Positions 1-13,175 of a DNA stretch of 64,000 nucleotides are shown here, in pieces. Below the pieces are notes generated by a model. That model searched no databases. It worked only from the letters and a program-made list of their open reading frames with translations, and had not been told where the DNA came from. Within the stretch, counting starts at the first letter, position 1. Each line of letters begins with the position of its first letter. The stretch is from Trichosphaerium sp. ATCC 40318. Its lineage: Eukaryota; Protista; Tubulinea. The stretch is from positions 434,001 through 498,000 of the forward strand of contig JALMLS010000354.1 of assembly GCA_038496445.1 (NCBI GenBank). The letters run 5' to 3'. The translations under genes were made by a program, and so were the position numbers.

Positions 1-2656
1 CACAAGTATTGCCTTGAATAAATGTAAGTGACTTAAAAAGAAAACACCAAAAAGAGTCATACTTTTTCTGCAAAGAAGAGCCAGATGAAGGGTGTTGAAG
101 CATTCGATCTATCACATGATTTATATGCGACAGACAAATCAAAGGCATCTGGGTAAATGACAATACCAGTTGGTTGATTTACCAATGAGTAAATAATAAG
201 AAGAATCTAAAAGGAATGTTAGCAAGGAACGCCTTTTTTGTAATCTTGCTTCGAAGCTAGCGTACCAAATCAGCGAGCATGAGACCACCGATGATAGCCA
301 ATAGATATATTACCGGTATTTTCACTCTATCCAGCTTTTTGCTGGCAGATAGAATAAGGACAATACGAAGACATTTAGCGAAGAGAGGCCTAGAGATACA
401 AATTAATCCGCATTGTGGTATTGGTAAAGTATTCTTACCCAAACAATAACATGAATCCCAAGTTCAGAAAGTAGAGAGACAAGTGACATGTCGCATCTGA
501 CCAAAGAGAAGGCATCCAAGTAAAATTTGAAAGATACAATATGATAGAACCTACACCGACCAAACTTAAGAACAAAGGCGAAGACCAAACGATAACCTTA
601 AACGAAACAATAAGAACAAGCGCGAACAAAGAGTGTTCGCAACAACGTACCTTATGCCTATAGTTAATCGCTATGTATACCAAAAATGCAATACTGAGTC
701 CAATAGCTGCAAGAGTACTTATTAAGACAATGATCTCTGCAGCAGAGCCTAGAAAAATGGCTTGTTAAAATACAGTACCAACGATTTTTCTACGCAAATA
801 GTTTTCTTACCCCAACTCATATCGAGTTCTCGATTGTTGTATGGTACAAACTCAACCAAATCGGCATTAGCCGCAGCTACTGGAGCAACTACTTTAAAAA
901 CGGAACCACTATTTAAGTTCTCAACGGATGAATTCTGTATTTGAATAAAGTAACTACAAGCAATTTGTTAGAGAACAACTTGATATAAAAAAGGTCATAC
1001 GGCCTCTTCTTCTGTCCAAGGGCTATGTCCCATGAGAATTCTCCATTATTTGTTTTGAAAACAGACCGCGTGAGTGATTCTAAGCGTAGATTTAACCACA
1101 GTTTTGATAGTTGTAAAGGTGTACCTTTCACAAAGGCGTGATCAAAGCGTTCAACAGCTTGTTTCTGAACATTAAATTAATACGTTTTTGATACTTTAAA
1201 GCACGTGCCTGGAGGGTTCTTATAATGAACGAAGCTCCAACAAACCCAAACTCTGTTGAACCTGTGCTTAAGTACTGACCGACACTTGTATTGGGCTTAT
1301 TATTGTTGAACTCGGCAATATCTGCTGTAACTTCTTTGTATGTTCTTCCAGTGAAGTCATCCGGAGGAAAACTTGGGTCCACAACACGCTACATCTTTGT
1401 AAGACAACCGGTAAAACAGATATTAGTGTATGTTCCTTTGTAGTACCTGGACAACACCAGTTTGTAAATTTTCTGCTGGCGTATGCACTGAACAAACGTG
1501 TAAGGGTTTTATTAGAAGCTCAAATGAGGCTCACCTGCATTAGCTACCATTTCACCTCGGACAACTAGTTTAGGAGCCCAGTTTTCTCTTTCCATTGCTC
1601 TGGCAAACTCTTGTTGCTCCGCCAAGAAAGCAGTAAATACAACAACATCAACATCAGGAAACTCCTTAACAGCAATTTAAGCATCAACAGATTTACGTAT
1701 GTATGACGTACAGATGCTGCCAATTGTACTGTTTTGGTGACATTTGGAAAGCTCAATGTAGAGTTTGACGTGTTTATGATCGTGTACTCTTTGACCAACT
1801 TTGCCCCAGTCTCAGCTACTTGCGCTGACAGTGCCTATCAAAGAACAATTATTATCATTTAGAGTGTTAAATCACTTACGGTACACCTGTTTCCAATTAC
1901 ATCGTGATTAAATATGCACATTTGTATTATTGTCTTAAGTCCTTTTATCCTTATGTAAGGAAGAACAGAGTCCCAATAGCTGAAATACCAATAAGAATAC
2001 AAACACGGGAAAAACAAGCAAAAAACAGCGTATTTGAGTTTTTCCGAAAACCGGGAAATTACAAACAAAACAACGTACTATTCTGGTGCTGGAAGTAATG
2101 GTACAACACCATCGTGATCTTGCCATGTTGAAGGAAGAGAAATGAGCGGTGCTATCTAGGACAATAAATAAGAACAAGGTTTTCAAAGTCACGTTTGTGT
2201 CACGTGATATTTTTTTTTGCTTGAAAAATTAACACAACATACCCTAAAACATCCCATTCCGTCAAGTTCTTCTGAAATCCTAACGCTCAGAGCGTCGTTG
2301 TTTTGGCCCATAATAAAGACTTTCTCTTCATTGTTGTTTAACTGAGCTCGCTCACAAAACGATCTGTAATGTTCTCCAAGCAACGTCAAATTGTGATAAT
2401 TGTTCAGTATCTCGACTTCTATGGTGTATGTCTTTCCTCCAATATCAAAACCTTGCATGACATTATTCACAAAGTGTTGTAAGTATTCCATCCCCAAAGC
2501 AGTCGATGACGCGAAGAAATATATTGGGTCAAAGAATCCGCGAGGTATTAGACCGTAAGACGCCACTATTTTAATTGTTCCTTGCGATTGAATTGTTGGA
2601 AGGCTGATTAGTGTCAGCAGCGTGATTAACACATACGCTGGCCTTGTATTAGTCAT
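1..2656 (-). CDS. Class C (GABA-B/Grl-like) GPCR, tandem copy 1; 3' end runs off the window
   Basis: Multi-exon. Signal peptide (MTNTRPAYVLITLLTLISLPTIQS), periplasmic-binding-protein-like ectodomain, TM region with SSPLFLSLVGVGSIILY and LGFMLLFG as in 7tm_3 receptors. Near-identical to 4815-7461. Confidence 0.8.
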
Positions 2657-3577
2657 TATAAAAGACCTAAAGGAGTCATGAGCAATAAATAAATCAAACG
2701 TCACTAAAACAAAACCTATGTATGGACGTACGTAGTACAATCAAGTGCTTTAGATGTATTGAGGCGGAGACCGAAATGATACTACAGTAGGTTAGTTCAC
2801 ACACATAGCGACTTAGCGGAGTTATTTTGGACTACAGAGTATATATCCAACAGTTTAGAACGTATGAGAAAGAAATGAAGCTCACGACAGACATACCATT
2901 TTAGTGTTTTCTGACAATTCAATCAATGCCCACACTTCAGAATTCATTCAACCGGTGATCGCACTAAACAATCCGAATACAATACGCATTGATTAGGATA
3001 AAGAGAACATCTTTCATCAAAAAAGAAAAAAAAACAACAAACGTTCTATATTTGGTTGTTAAACTTTATTTCTTTATGATTGATTGTTTGAGCTTTTACC
3101 TGTACGCTGTGAGATAGTGGTTGTGTAATTATCTCATCAAATAAATTGGGTTCAGGCTCTACATAGTATTAACAAAAGGGGTGTAGGATGTCATTTCAAC
3201 TGCTGTGACCTTATTTGTTGCTCAGCCAAGCTACTCGGGGTCTGTACAAACAAGAAAACATGATTGGCCCAATGTGATTATTTCCCTGCTACTAACACCA
3301 CGCCACGATATACATGACTAATGCTAAGCGCAAGTACGGATGCTATACAGCTGAATAAGCCCTTTTGCAAGGAGATCCTGTAAAACGTGCGTTTGTGTCG
3401 ATTACCCTTCTCCTAAATAGTTGGCTGATAGTGCTTCATAGCTGGGCAGGAAACACATCACGTTGTAATCAATCCGACGTACAACGCATGTAGATATAAC
3501 ACGCGATGCACGCTCTTATGCATTCCACTGTAGAGTTAGGTGTTAGGTTCAATCGTATTGTGGTTAAATTGTTCACA

Positions 3578-3627
3578 GTCATAAGCCCATTGATGTACTT
3601 GCTTACGCGCTCTTTTTGTATTCTCGG
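3578..3627 (-). pseudogene. Degenerate fragment of the last exon of the Rad6-like E2 gene at 8047-9119
   Basis: Minus strand cgagaatacaaaaagagcgcgtaagcaagtacatcaatgggcttatga aligns with the E2 3' end cgagaatacaagaagcgtgtacgcaagtttgttcaaacatcaatgggattataa, with indels and a premature stop. Confidence 0.65.
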
Positions 3628-4070
3628 GTAGTGATAGTTATTGTTATCAAATGGCTCTTAAAAACGTTCTTTTCGTCAAATGGCCATCCGCTTATCAACT
3701 TTATTCCACGTGCTACGTGTACGAAGCAAGAAATCAACCAAATTATGCCTATTACGTTGTAACTAGACCATGCAGTAGCTTCGAAGACGTGGTAGCAACT
3801 GCAAAACACTAGCAACAAGACTACAAGCTACTCCACAATCTGATGTAGGTGCAATTACACATCTCAAAGGTTTTAATTTTATAGTTTTAACGACAGCTTG
3901 GGTGCTATAGCCAATGCTGGTAATGAGAAAACAAATCTAAAGAAATTAGTTTTTATTGACACTTTATTATTATTGTTACTTAGTTTAAGCGGATTGGCAC
4001 TTTTGATGATTTAGGAATAATTCTTTTATACAAGGATATGTTATACTACGTTATTGATTCTATTTTATAT

Positions 4071-7000
4071 TCAGTCTTCAGTACTATCACTGTTTTGGAG
4101 ACTTTCCAATTCAGCTTTGTATTGTTCAGCTTTTTTCCTCCATTTTTCTTTTTCTCCCTTTAGAAGTTGTATTATTTCCTCATAGTCTACGTTCTCACAG
4201 TAAGATAATTTAACATGTAGCATCGCAATTACATACCTGTTGATTTTTCGTCATCTGCTTTGCTTTCAAAGCCCATAATACTAAGGGAGAGTTAGATTTG
4301 GAGTTACAGTAACGTAACAACTTAAAATTCAAAGTATTATCAAGTCACTGTACCTATCTCCATTTGGTGCCTCGCTATTAACAGTAATAGATCCAACTCG
4401 TGTTGATTTAGTTGTACCATTACCGCTCATTGGGACTACACGTCTAGAGTCAGGTGAATGACCACCTGCTCTCCCAGAATTCACTTTTTTGATCATCACT
4501 ATTTTTTGAAGGAACAGAGACAAAACAGTGAGCCCTTTGAACAAAAAACACGTGTCAGTAATGAGGTATAATCAAATGGATATGAGAAAACAATGTTCAT
4601 GTGTACCTCCGCCAAAGACAACTGCCATTGATCTGAATACAAACAATCCTTCACGTTGTGTTTTAGAAGTAGATGTACCCAAAGCGTATTGAAGTGCAAA
4701 CCCAAGAATGGCGAAAAAGATGACGTTGTAAACACCAAATGCAATAACTTTTGATTCATCCAACACCTTGAAAGGTATTTTTCTTACTCTGTAAGCCAAG
4801 TACATACCAGTAACCACAAGTATTGCCTAGAATAAATGTAAGTGACTTAAAAAACAAAACACCAAAAAAAGTCATACTTTTTCTGCAAAGAAGAGCCAGA
4901 TGAAGGGTGTTGAAGCATTTGATCTATCACATGATTTATATGCGACAGACAAATCAAAGGCATCTGGGTAAATGACAATACCCGTTGGTTGATTTACCAC
5001 TGAGTAAATAATAAGAAGAATCTAAAAGGAATGTTAGCAAGAAACACTTTTTTTGTGATCGTTTTCAAGTGTACCAGATCAGCAAGCATGAGACCACCGA
5101 TGATAGCCAATAGATATATTACTGGGACCTTCACTCTATCTAGCTTCTTAGTGGCAGATAGAATGAGGACAATACGAAGACATTTAGCGAAGAGAGGCCT
5201 AGATACAAATTAATCCGCATTGTGGTATTGGTAAAGTATTCTTACCCAAACAGTAACATGAAGCCCAAGTTCAGAAAGTAGAGAGACAAGTGACATGTCG
5301 CATCTGACCAAAGAGAAGGCATCCAAGTAAAATTTGAAAGATACAATATGATAGAACCTACACCGACCAAACTTAAGAACAAAGGCGAAGACCAAACGAT
5401 AACCTTAAAAGAAACAATAAGAACAAAGAGTGTTCGCAACAACATACCTTGTGCCTATGGTTGATTGCTATGTATACCAAAAATGCAATACTGAGTCCGA
5501 TAGCTGCAAGAGTACTTATTAAGACAACAATCTCAGCAGCAGAGCCTAGAAAAGTTAATAAAAACAACTGGAAATAGTTTTCTTACCCCAACTCATATCG
5601 AGTTCTCGATTGTTGTATGGTACAAACTCAACCAAATCGGCATTAGCCGCAGCTACTGGAGCAACTATTTTAAAAACGGAACCACTATTTAGGTGTTCAA
5701 CTGATGAATTCTGTATTTGAATAAAGTAACTACAAACAATTAGAACCTCAACATAAACCCAAATAAAAAAAGTCATACGGCCTCCTCTTCTGTCCAAGGG
5801 TTATGTCCCATGAGAATTCTCCGTTATTTGTTTTGAAAACAGACCGCGTGAGTGATTCTAAATGTATAGTTAACCTGTGGTTTATGTTGGTTGTAAAGGT
5901 GTACCTTTCACAAAGGCGTGATCAAAGCGTTCAACAGCTTGTTTCTAAACATTAAATTAATACGTTTTTGATACTTTAAAGCACGTGCCTGGAGGGTTCT
6001 CACAATGAGCGAAGCTCCAAGAAACCCAAACGCTGATATGCTTGGGCTCAAGTACGAACCAACGCTTGTATTGGGCTTATTATTGTTGAACTCAGCAATA
6101 TCGTCTGCAACTTCTTTGTATGTTTTTCCAGTGAAGTCGTCTGTTGGAAAACTTGGATCTAGCATACTCTATGATATTGTAAGGCACTATGAAGTATAAA
6201 GGAAAAGAAGGTTCCTTTGAAGTACCTGGACAACACCAGTTTGTAAATTTTCTGCTGGAGTATGCACTGAAGAAACGTGTAAGAATATTGTGAGAAACGC
6301 AAATAAAGCTCACCTGTATTAGCTACCATTTCACCTCGGACAACTAGTTTAGGGCCCCAGTTTTCTCTTTCCATTGCTCTGGCAAACTCTTGTTGCTCCG
6401 CCAAGAAAGCAGTAAATATAACAACATCAACATCAGGAAACTCCTTAAACAGTTTGAGTCTTAAACAGTACTTATGTATGACGTACAGATGCTGCCAATT
6501 GTACTGTTTTGGTGACATTCGGAAAGCTCAATGTAGAGTTTAATGTATTTATAATCGTGTACTCTTTGACCAACTTTGCCCCAGTCTCAGCAACGCGCGC
6601 TGACAGTGCCTATCAAAGAACAATTATTATTTTTTTAGAGTGTTGTTAAATCACTTACGGTACACCTGTTTCCAACCACATCGTGATTAAATATGCACAT
6701 TTGTATTATTGTCTTAAGTCCTTTTATCCTTATGTAAGGAAGAACAGAGTCCCAATAGCTGAAATACCAAAATAAGCACAAAAACCAAAAAAAAAGAAAC
6801 CAAAACAACGTATTGAAAATGGTAAAAAAAAAACCCACCCAACAAATTACAAACAACAACGTACTATTCTGGTGCTGAAAGTAATGGTACAACACCATCG
6901 TGATCCTGCCATGTTGAAGGAAGAGAAATGAGCGGTGCTAACTAGGACAAGAAATCAGAAAAGGGTTTTATGTAGCGCATTTTTTTAGGCAGAATAACTG

Positions 7001-7461
7001 TCAATCACGTGATATTTTTTTTTGCTTGAAAAATTAACACAACATACCCTAAAACATCCCATTCCGTCAAGTTCTTCTGAAATCCTAACGCTCAGAGCAT
7101 CGTTGTTTTGGCCCATAATAAAGACTTTCTCTTCATTGTTGTTTAACTGAGCTCGCTCACAAAACGATCTGTAATGTTCTCCAAGCAACGTCAAATTATG
7201 ATAATTGTTTAGTATCTCGACTTCTATGGTGTATGTCTTTCCTCCAATATCAAAACCTTGCATGACATTATTCACAAAGTGTTGTAAGTATTCCACCCCA
7301 AAAGCAGTCGGTGACGCGAAGAAATATATTGGGTCAAAGAATCCACGAGGTATTAGACCGTAAGACGCCACTATTTTAATTGTTCCTTGAGATTGAATTG
7401 TCGGAAGGCTGATTAGTGTCAATAGCGTGATTAACACATATGTCGGCCTTGTGTTAACCAT
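4071..7461 (-). CDS. Class C (GABA-B/Grl-like) GPCR, tandem copy 2, complete
   Basis: Same exon structure as copy 1. TM5-7 region YLAYRVRKIPFKVLDESKVIAFGVYNV matches the class C 'F.ESK.I' motif. Charged coiled-coil-like tail EEIIQLLKGEKEKMEEKAEQYKAELESLQ ends at TGA 4071-4073. Confidence 0.82.
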
Positions 7462-8046
7462 TTTAAAACCTACAAAGAGTCATGAGCAATAAATAAATCA
7501 AACGTCACTAAAACAAAGCCCTTATGGGTACATACGTAATACAATCAAAAGCAAGTGATGTATTGAGGCGGAGACCGAAATGATACTACACAGAATATTA
7601 GTTCACACACATAGCGACTTAGCGGAGTTATTTTGGACTACAGAGTATACATCCAACAGTTTAGAACGTATGAGAAAGAAAAGAAGCTCACGACAGACAT
7701 ACTATTTTAGTGTTTTCTGACAATTCAATCAATGCCCACACTTTTTAGTTGTTTTATTTCTAATTATACTTCAATCAGTGCTCACTAAAGAATCCGCATA
7801 CAGTGCGTTAATTAGGATAAAGAAGTTCTAGAAATCAAAAAAAAAGAAAAAAAAAAAACTAACTCGGTATATTTGGTTGTTATTCTTTATGGTTGTCGAC
7901 TGTTTGAGCGTACACCCGTATGTTGTGAGATATTGGTTGTACAATTATCTCATTAAATAAATTGGGTTCAAGCTCTACATAGTATTTACAAAAGGGGTGT
8001 CGTTTCAACTACTGTAACCTTATTTGGGCTGTATTGTTTGCAATAA

Positions 8047-9119
8047 TTATAATCCCATTGATGTTTGAACAAACTTGCGTACACGCTTCTTGTATTCTCG
8101 AACATTGTCTGAAAAAATCTTAGCAGCCATTGGGTTTGCAGGAGAGGCAGGGTTTGGATCAGTTAGAAGAGACTACACGGAGTATTAATTAGAAGTAAAA
8201 AAATGAACAAAAAATGGTGGACAGAAACTATTAGATGCCCAAGAAAATAGTTTACAGGCTTTAGGAGTATCATTCGCCCGTGTGTAAAGTTAAGTTTTGA
8301 AAAAAGTGCTCGCACAAACTATTCCATTTTGTTGCAAAATGTCGTGTTAATTAAATTTTCAAAGAAGAATTGCTTTTTTTTTTTTGTTTCCGAAGTGCCC
8401 AGCATAACAAAACTCCCAACAAAAATATACATATATTTATACGAAGTAGTAATATTAGGCACTAAGAAGAACAAAAAATTAAAAGTACGACAGAAGTCTG
8501 AGTTTGAACGCGACGGCAAATTGTTTCTAAAAAAAAAAAACAAATTATGAAATGAACATTTTGACACATTGCGTCTACTGACAGATTACAAAAAGAGTTT
8601 ACTTGCCTGTATAGAAAGTAAGATAGTATTGACAGTGTATATAGGCCTCCATTTGTCTTGTATAATGTCCAAGCAGATAGAACCATCGTTGTAAACGTTT
8701 GGATGAAATATTGGCACTGTGAAGCGCACCTATGCGTTTAGGTGAGGGTTTAGGTATAAATGAGGGTTTTAATACGCACTTTTGGTGGTTTGCTCGGGTA
8801 TTCCTCTGGAAACTTCAATATAAGCGGTAAAATACCACCTGTAGCGTGTGAGCACAATTAAGACATGTTTTATATAGTGAATGGTAAACGCTACCTTCCC
8901 ACTCTGTTTCGTCTGGCCCAAATATCGTAGCGTTCCATATAAACATGTTATCTTCGTCAACTGGGCTTGCCGAAACTCCCTGTAACGTTTTTTTTTAAAT
9001 AGGCGCAAACAACGCTAATAGCAATAACAACGTACCTCTGGTGGCTCGTCTAACATGCTTTTGTAGTCTGCTAGTAAACGTAACATAGAAGGCGAAGGCT
9101 GGCTTGAGGATAGGCTCAT
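8047..9119 (-). CDS. Ubiquitin-conjugating enzyme E2, Rad6/UBC2-like (5 exons; absent from ORF track)
   Basis: Spliced translation [134 protein letters not shown]... with HPN motif and catalytic Cys. Last intron is GC-AG. Confidence 0.92.
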
Positions 9120-9709
9120 TTGTTTTATTTTGAGAGCAGGTTCGTTTCAGACAAGGCAATTTGAAGAAATTCACGCTTGTTGCTTAAAATTGATAAAGTT
9201 TTTTCTGTTTCAAACAAAATTTTGCCTCTACTGCACTTAGCGTCGTATTATTTACCTTACTTATGTCTTCGGCGCATGAAACTATTGAGACGGCTGCCAC
9301 TTATCATCTTGTTTGGTTGGTTATAGAAAAAAGTCTAGCACCGGGCTAGAAAGCGAATAGCGTACAGTGGATTGGCGGTTGTAAAGTTCAAAAAAAGACT
9401 AGTTTCCAAATTGAGAAGGAGCAGTTTTGTTTTGTTGCGCCTCTTGTACATGGCGTACTACACTATGTATGTTGAACTTACATTGCCAAAACATAATGTA
9501 CATTCACATGACAATCTCCAACGACCAAAAAAAAAAAACATGTATGTTGCGTGGAGTTAGTGCGTAAATAGTTACCTAATTAAAAACGAATTTTACTTCT
9601 GACGTCACCAAAAAACCGACTTAACAAACTTTCAAACTTTCCCTTTTCCAAAGATATTTACAAATAAAGGGGAGAGGTTCCTCCCCTTATTTACAACACA
9701 ATAATTGCT

Positions 9710-11566
9710 ATGAGTGCTTTACTAGCATTAATAGTATCCCTTATTACTCTAAACATCACATACGCATGCGTTAAAGCACCAGAAGGTATAGAAGAATGGT
9801 TAAAACTAGAAACAACGACAGAACAAACAAATGATATAATTAAAGGAAAGGGAGCCCTACTTCTAGGAGAGCCTCAAACAAGTCAGGTAATTAATACGAC
9901 GTTTGGTTAAACTAGCAACCACGTGATTTTTTTCAATTTAGGGACTCGTTGGCTCAAGCGTAACTTTCGAAAAAGCTTATGTAAAAATGATCGCAGATGC
10001 TTTAAAACCACGATCAGGTACCTCAATTTTTAACCACCATCAACTACTACGACTTGTTGGGGCGTATTTCCGTAAAATCTATTCCCAACCTGTCAGTTGT
10101 AGAATTTCTGGTATTCATAACATAACAATAATAATCCCGTCTCCCCGCTAGCTTTCACGATCGAGTTTTGGTTTCGGTCACGTGATGGTACAGCTGGATA
10201 TCTAGTAGATTACCACGAGCCGAATTGGCTTTTTTTATCGGTTTATATTGATAGCCAAAGCTTCTTCACATTAGCAACTGGTCATGGTAAGTGTTTAAAG
10301 AGTGTTGGTCTAGTTCGACTACAAAAAAAATTCAAACTTACGATTTTTTTAGGTGACCGACTAGCGCGGTCTAAAACGAACATTACTGTCGATATGGAAT
10401 GGCACCACTGCGCTGTAGTTATGAGCGAGTGAGTTTAAACGACAAAAGACAACGTCCTTATTGTGTTTTTTAGGTTTCATTCCTCGAAGCTATACCTTGG
10501 TATTTTGTTCTTGTTTTGTCTTGTTTCTCTTCTCTAATCGTACCATAGATGGTATACACTTGGGTGACTATGGAGCGAGCGTCTCCGGTGGAAGACTCTC
10601 AGCAAGCCCTCAACACTTGTACATTGGCGCAGCTGGTAATGCTGGCGCGGAAACAACAAATCACTTTGATGGGGCTATTGATGAAGTATGATTTTTGTTT
10701 TTTCAAAAAAATGGATTGTAGCTTACATTTATACGTAGGTATCTGTGTATACAAGAGCCTTAGATGCTAAGGACATACAAGATATTTATAATGAGCGTAC
10801 GTGATGAATGTAAGCGGTAAACTTTACAACTAACAAAATACTATTTCTAGGCGAAAAAGGAAAATGTATTCCTTGCCTTGGAGACGCACCTGTAGGCGCC
10901 GTGTGCAATGACACAGGAGAATGGATAGTAACAGGAGACGTAATTTTAACAAACGTAACGTTGACCATCACATCTTCAGTCACTTACACAGGTACACGTG
11001 ATAAACAACTTTGAATCGAAATTGAAACGTAAAATGTGCCTAAAATTTCTTTCATTTTCGACAAACGTCTAACTTCATTTACACTCTTAACCATACTCAA
11101 AGGTGTTGTTACTATTGGTTCTGGTACTGGATTCGTTATTGTTGATCAGGGTGTCATACATTTCGAACAATGTCCTAAAGTCGAAACCAAAGTATCAGTC
11201 ACTTCAAAATCATCTCAAGATGGACAAACAGTTTTCACTCTACCAACAACATGTATTGATTCTGGGATAGAAAACATACAACCAGCAGATCACCATCCTT
11301 GTCATAACTTTACAACAGGATCACGTGATGGATTGACACATGTCTTTTGGCTACAACAACGAGACTGTAACGCGTCAGCGGGTGTTAATCTTAGCCAAAA
11401 TATGCTATTGGTGATTTGTATTGTTATAGGCATTTTGATCGTAGTGACGGCAGTATGCTTGTATCTATTGGTCAGAAAAGGGTTTTTCGTTGTAAAGACA
11501 CGTGACCTAGCCACTCAGAAGACGCCTAGCACTAGAAAGTTGGTTGTAATCCCAAATCAAGTGTAA
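9710..11566 (+). CDS. Single-pass membrane protein with LamG/concanavalin-like domain
   Basis: Signal peptide MSALLALIVSLITLNITYA. LamG-type motifs FTIEFWF, WHHCAVV, LYIGA...HFDGAIDEV. TM helix MLLVICIVIGILIVVTAVCLYLLV. Confidence 0.7.
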
Positions 11567-11859
11567 ATGAATTTGTACTGTTATTTTACGTATTTTTCTA
11601 CGTTTGTACGCGTGAAAAGCGTTATTGTGATGCGTTTCAAGAAACAACGAACAAAAATGGTTGTATTGCTCGTTAAACGATCTAAATCACTTCTTGTGGT
11701 TTACGTACTATCGTTTTTTGTATTGCCTACGTTCATACTCTGCGTAGCAATCAGCAAACCAATTAAAGCGAAAAATCATCAGTTTTCTTTTCATCTATTA
11801 CTAATTAGACACTTGCAACACAACCACAAGGAGCACTTCAAAACTCTTATCAAATATAG

Positions 11860-12481
11860 ATGGCTTTCTTTGCAAAACGTACTGCCAATAGCTTTTTAAG
11901 AGCAATTTGGTTTTTTGTTTTCTGTTAGCTTACCTCTAGTTGCTTATACCCTACGTAGGTAGAAAAGATAAAGAAAACTGGGAGCGTAAATGCATGTGTA
12001 AACGCTGTGGAACTAAATTGATCGTAACGCCGGAAACTATGAAAAAATACAAGTACGCGTATCGTTGCACAAAACAACCACGATATTGCTATTCGCGTAG
12101 TTACTAACAATACTCCGTAGCTGGATCTCTTCAAATCACGACCAAGCTATTATAGACTACTACGTGCGATGCCCTAGCTCAGTACGTTACCTATTGTACA
12201 GTTTTCTGGTATTCTAAATTGGAAGCAATAGAAATGTTTTGGTCATATTTTCGTTATTGCATCAGCAGAACTATCAAACCATAACTCTATAATGATTTCT
12301 GGCGTTATTCCAAGATTAGCAGCTGAAAAGGTTGAATACGCACCTTACCCTGGTACACATTTATTGCAATAGAACGCTTAAAAGCTGTGCCACGTTTGTT
12401 TTAACTCTTGGTACAGGTGACCGTGCAATATACGATAATGTAACTCCAAGAAGACTCGAACCTCTTACACCACGTACTTAG
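11860..12481 (+). CDS. Spliced exons of an unknown protein (5' end unresolved)
   Basis: Exons join in frame through GT-AG introns: ...WISSNHDQAIIDYYVRCPSS-KCFGHIFVIASAELSNHNSIMISGVIPRLAAEKVEYAPYP-GDRAIYDNVTPRRLEPLTPRT*, followed by AATAAA near 12532. Confidence 0.45.
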
Positions 12482-12797
12482 CTAATACCTTTCATGCTTG
12501 TACTGTACTCAAATAACTTGTAAAATAAGACAATAAACAACTCTAAACCAAAACACTACCATAGCACAATTTTGTAGTTTATTTAAGCACGTCTGTCTTT
12601 ACAATTGCACTTCGCTAGTAGCCGAAGACGGTCTACCAAGCGAAATAAGTATTTTTTTCCGCCAATTTCTTTTTGAAGCTAATTACAAATGGTGTGGTAG
12701 CAACGTAAATGGGCAGTTGTTTTTCAACTTACCTGAGTAAAATTAGTCTTGTCATAAACGTTTTAAGGCGATTATGAAAATAGAAAGGTTTTTATAA

Positions 12798-12876
12798 GTA
12801 GTTCAGACTTGGAATAGTTGTACGACACAGATGATTCCGTCTCAGAAGCTTAGAATATTTTTTTAACATCATTACA
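12798..12876 (-). ncRNA. Candidate intronic box C/D snoRNA A
   Basis: gtaATGATGT...attctaagcttCTGA...attccaagtCTGAactac: box C variant, D', D and a short terminal stem. Box D is 70 nt upstream of the 3' splice site. Confidence 0.65.
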
Positions 12877-13100
12877 TCGGTTTTTAAGAGGAAGAGAAGA
12901 AAGCAGGAAAACTGGAAGAAAAGAAACGTACTGAGTTGGCAAAGTACTTCTTGGTGTTTGGCTATACGCCGTGCGATTGCAGCGCATAGCTACGATATTT
13001 TTTTCACTAGACGCGTAGCATGCTCTTCTATATTTTGGTGATGCTAAGCGATTATTAATCTCGACAGTTTGGAGTAAAAGCGCAGGTAAAAGGTTTATGG

Positions 13101-13175
13101 AACTAGTCAGTTATGCGATTTTTAGCAACACAGAGATTCAGTCTCAGAAGCTTAGAATGTTTTAACATCATAGTT
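13101..13175 (-). ncRNA. Candidate intronic box C/D snoRNA B (paralog of A)
   Basis: aactATGATGT...attctaagcttCTGA...atcgcataaCTGActagtt with terminal stem aacta/tagtt. Same D' guide as A. Lies about 63 nt upstream of the likely 3' splice site. Confidence 0.65.

Larger units (their letters stand above)
1..8100. repeat. Tandem segmental duplication, period about 4.8 kb (1-3627 vs 4815-8100)
   Basis: Position 1 (cacaagtattgcc) equals 4815. Homology covers the GPCR, its upstream region (2660-3215 vs 7465-8025) and the E2 3' end. Confidence 0.92.

Noticed and set aside
11925-12355. Minus-strand AG|GT 'zero-length exon' sites at about 11933, 12190 and 12348
   Set aside because: They overlap a coherent plus-strand spliced reading frame and lie beyond the minus-strand poly(A) signal, so they are likely coincidental.
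12798-13175. CRISPR-like repeat-spacer array
   Set aside because: Only two imperfect units about 300 bp apart, in a eukaryotic context with no cas genes. Better explained as snoRNA paralogs.
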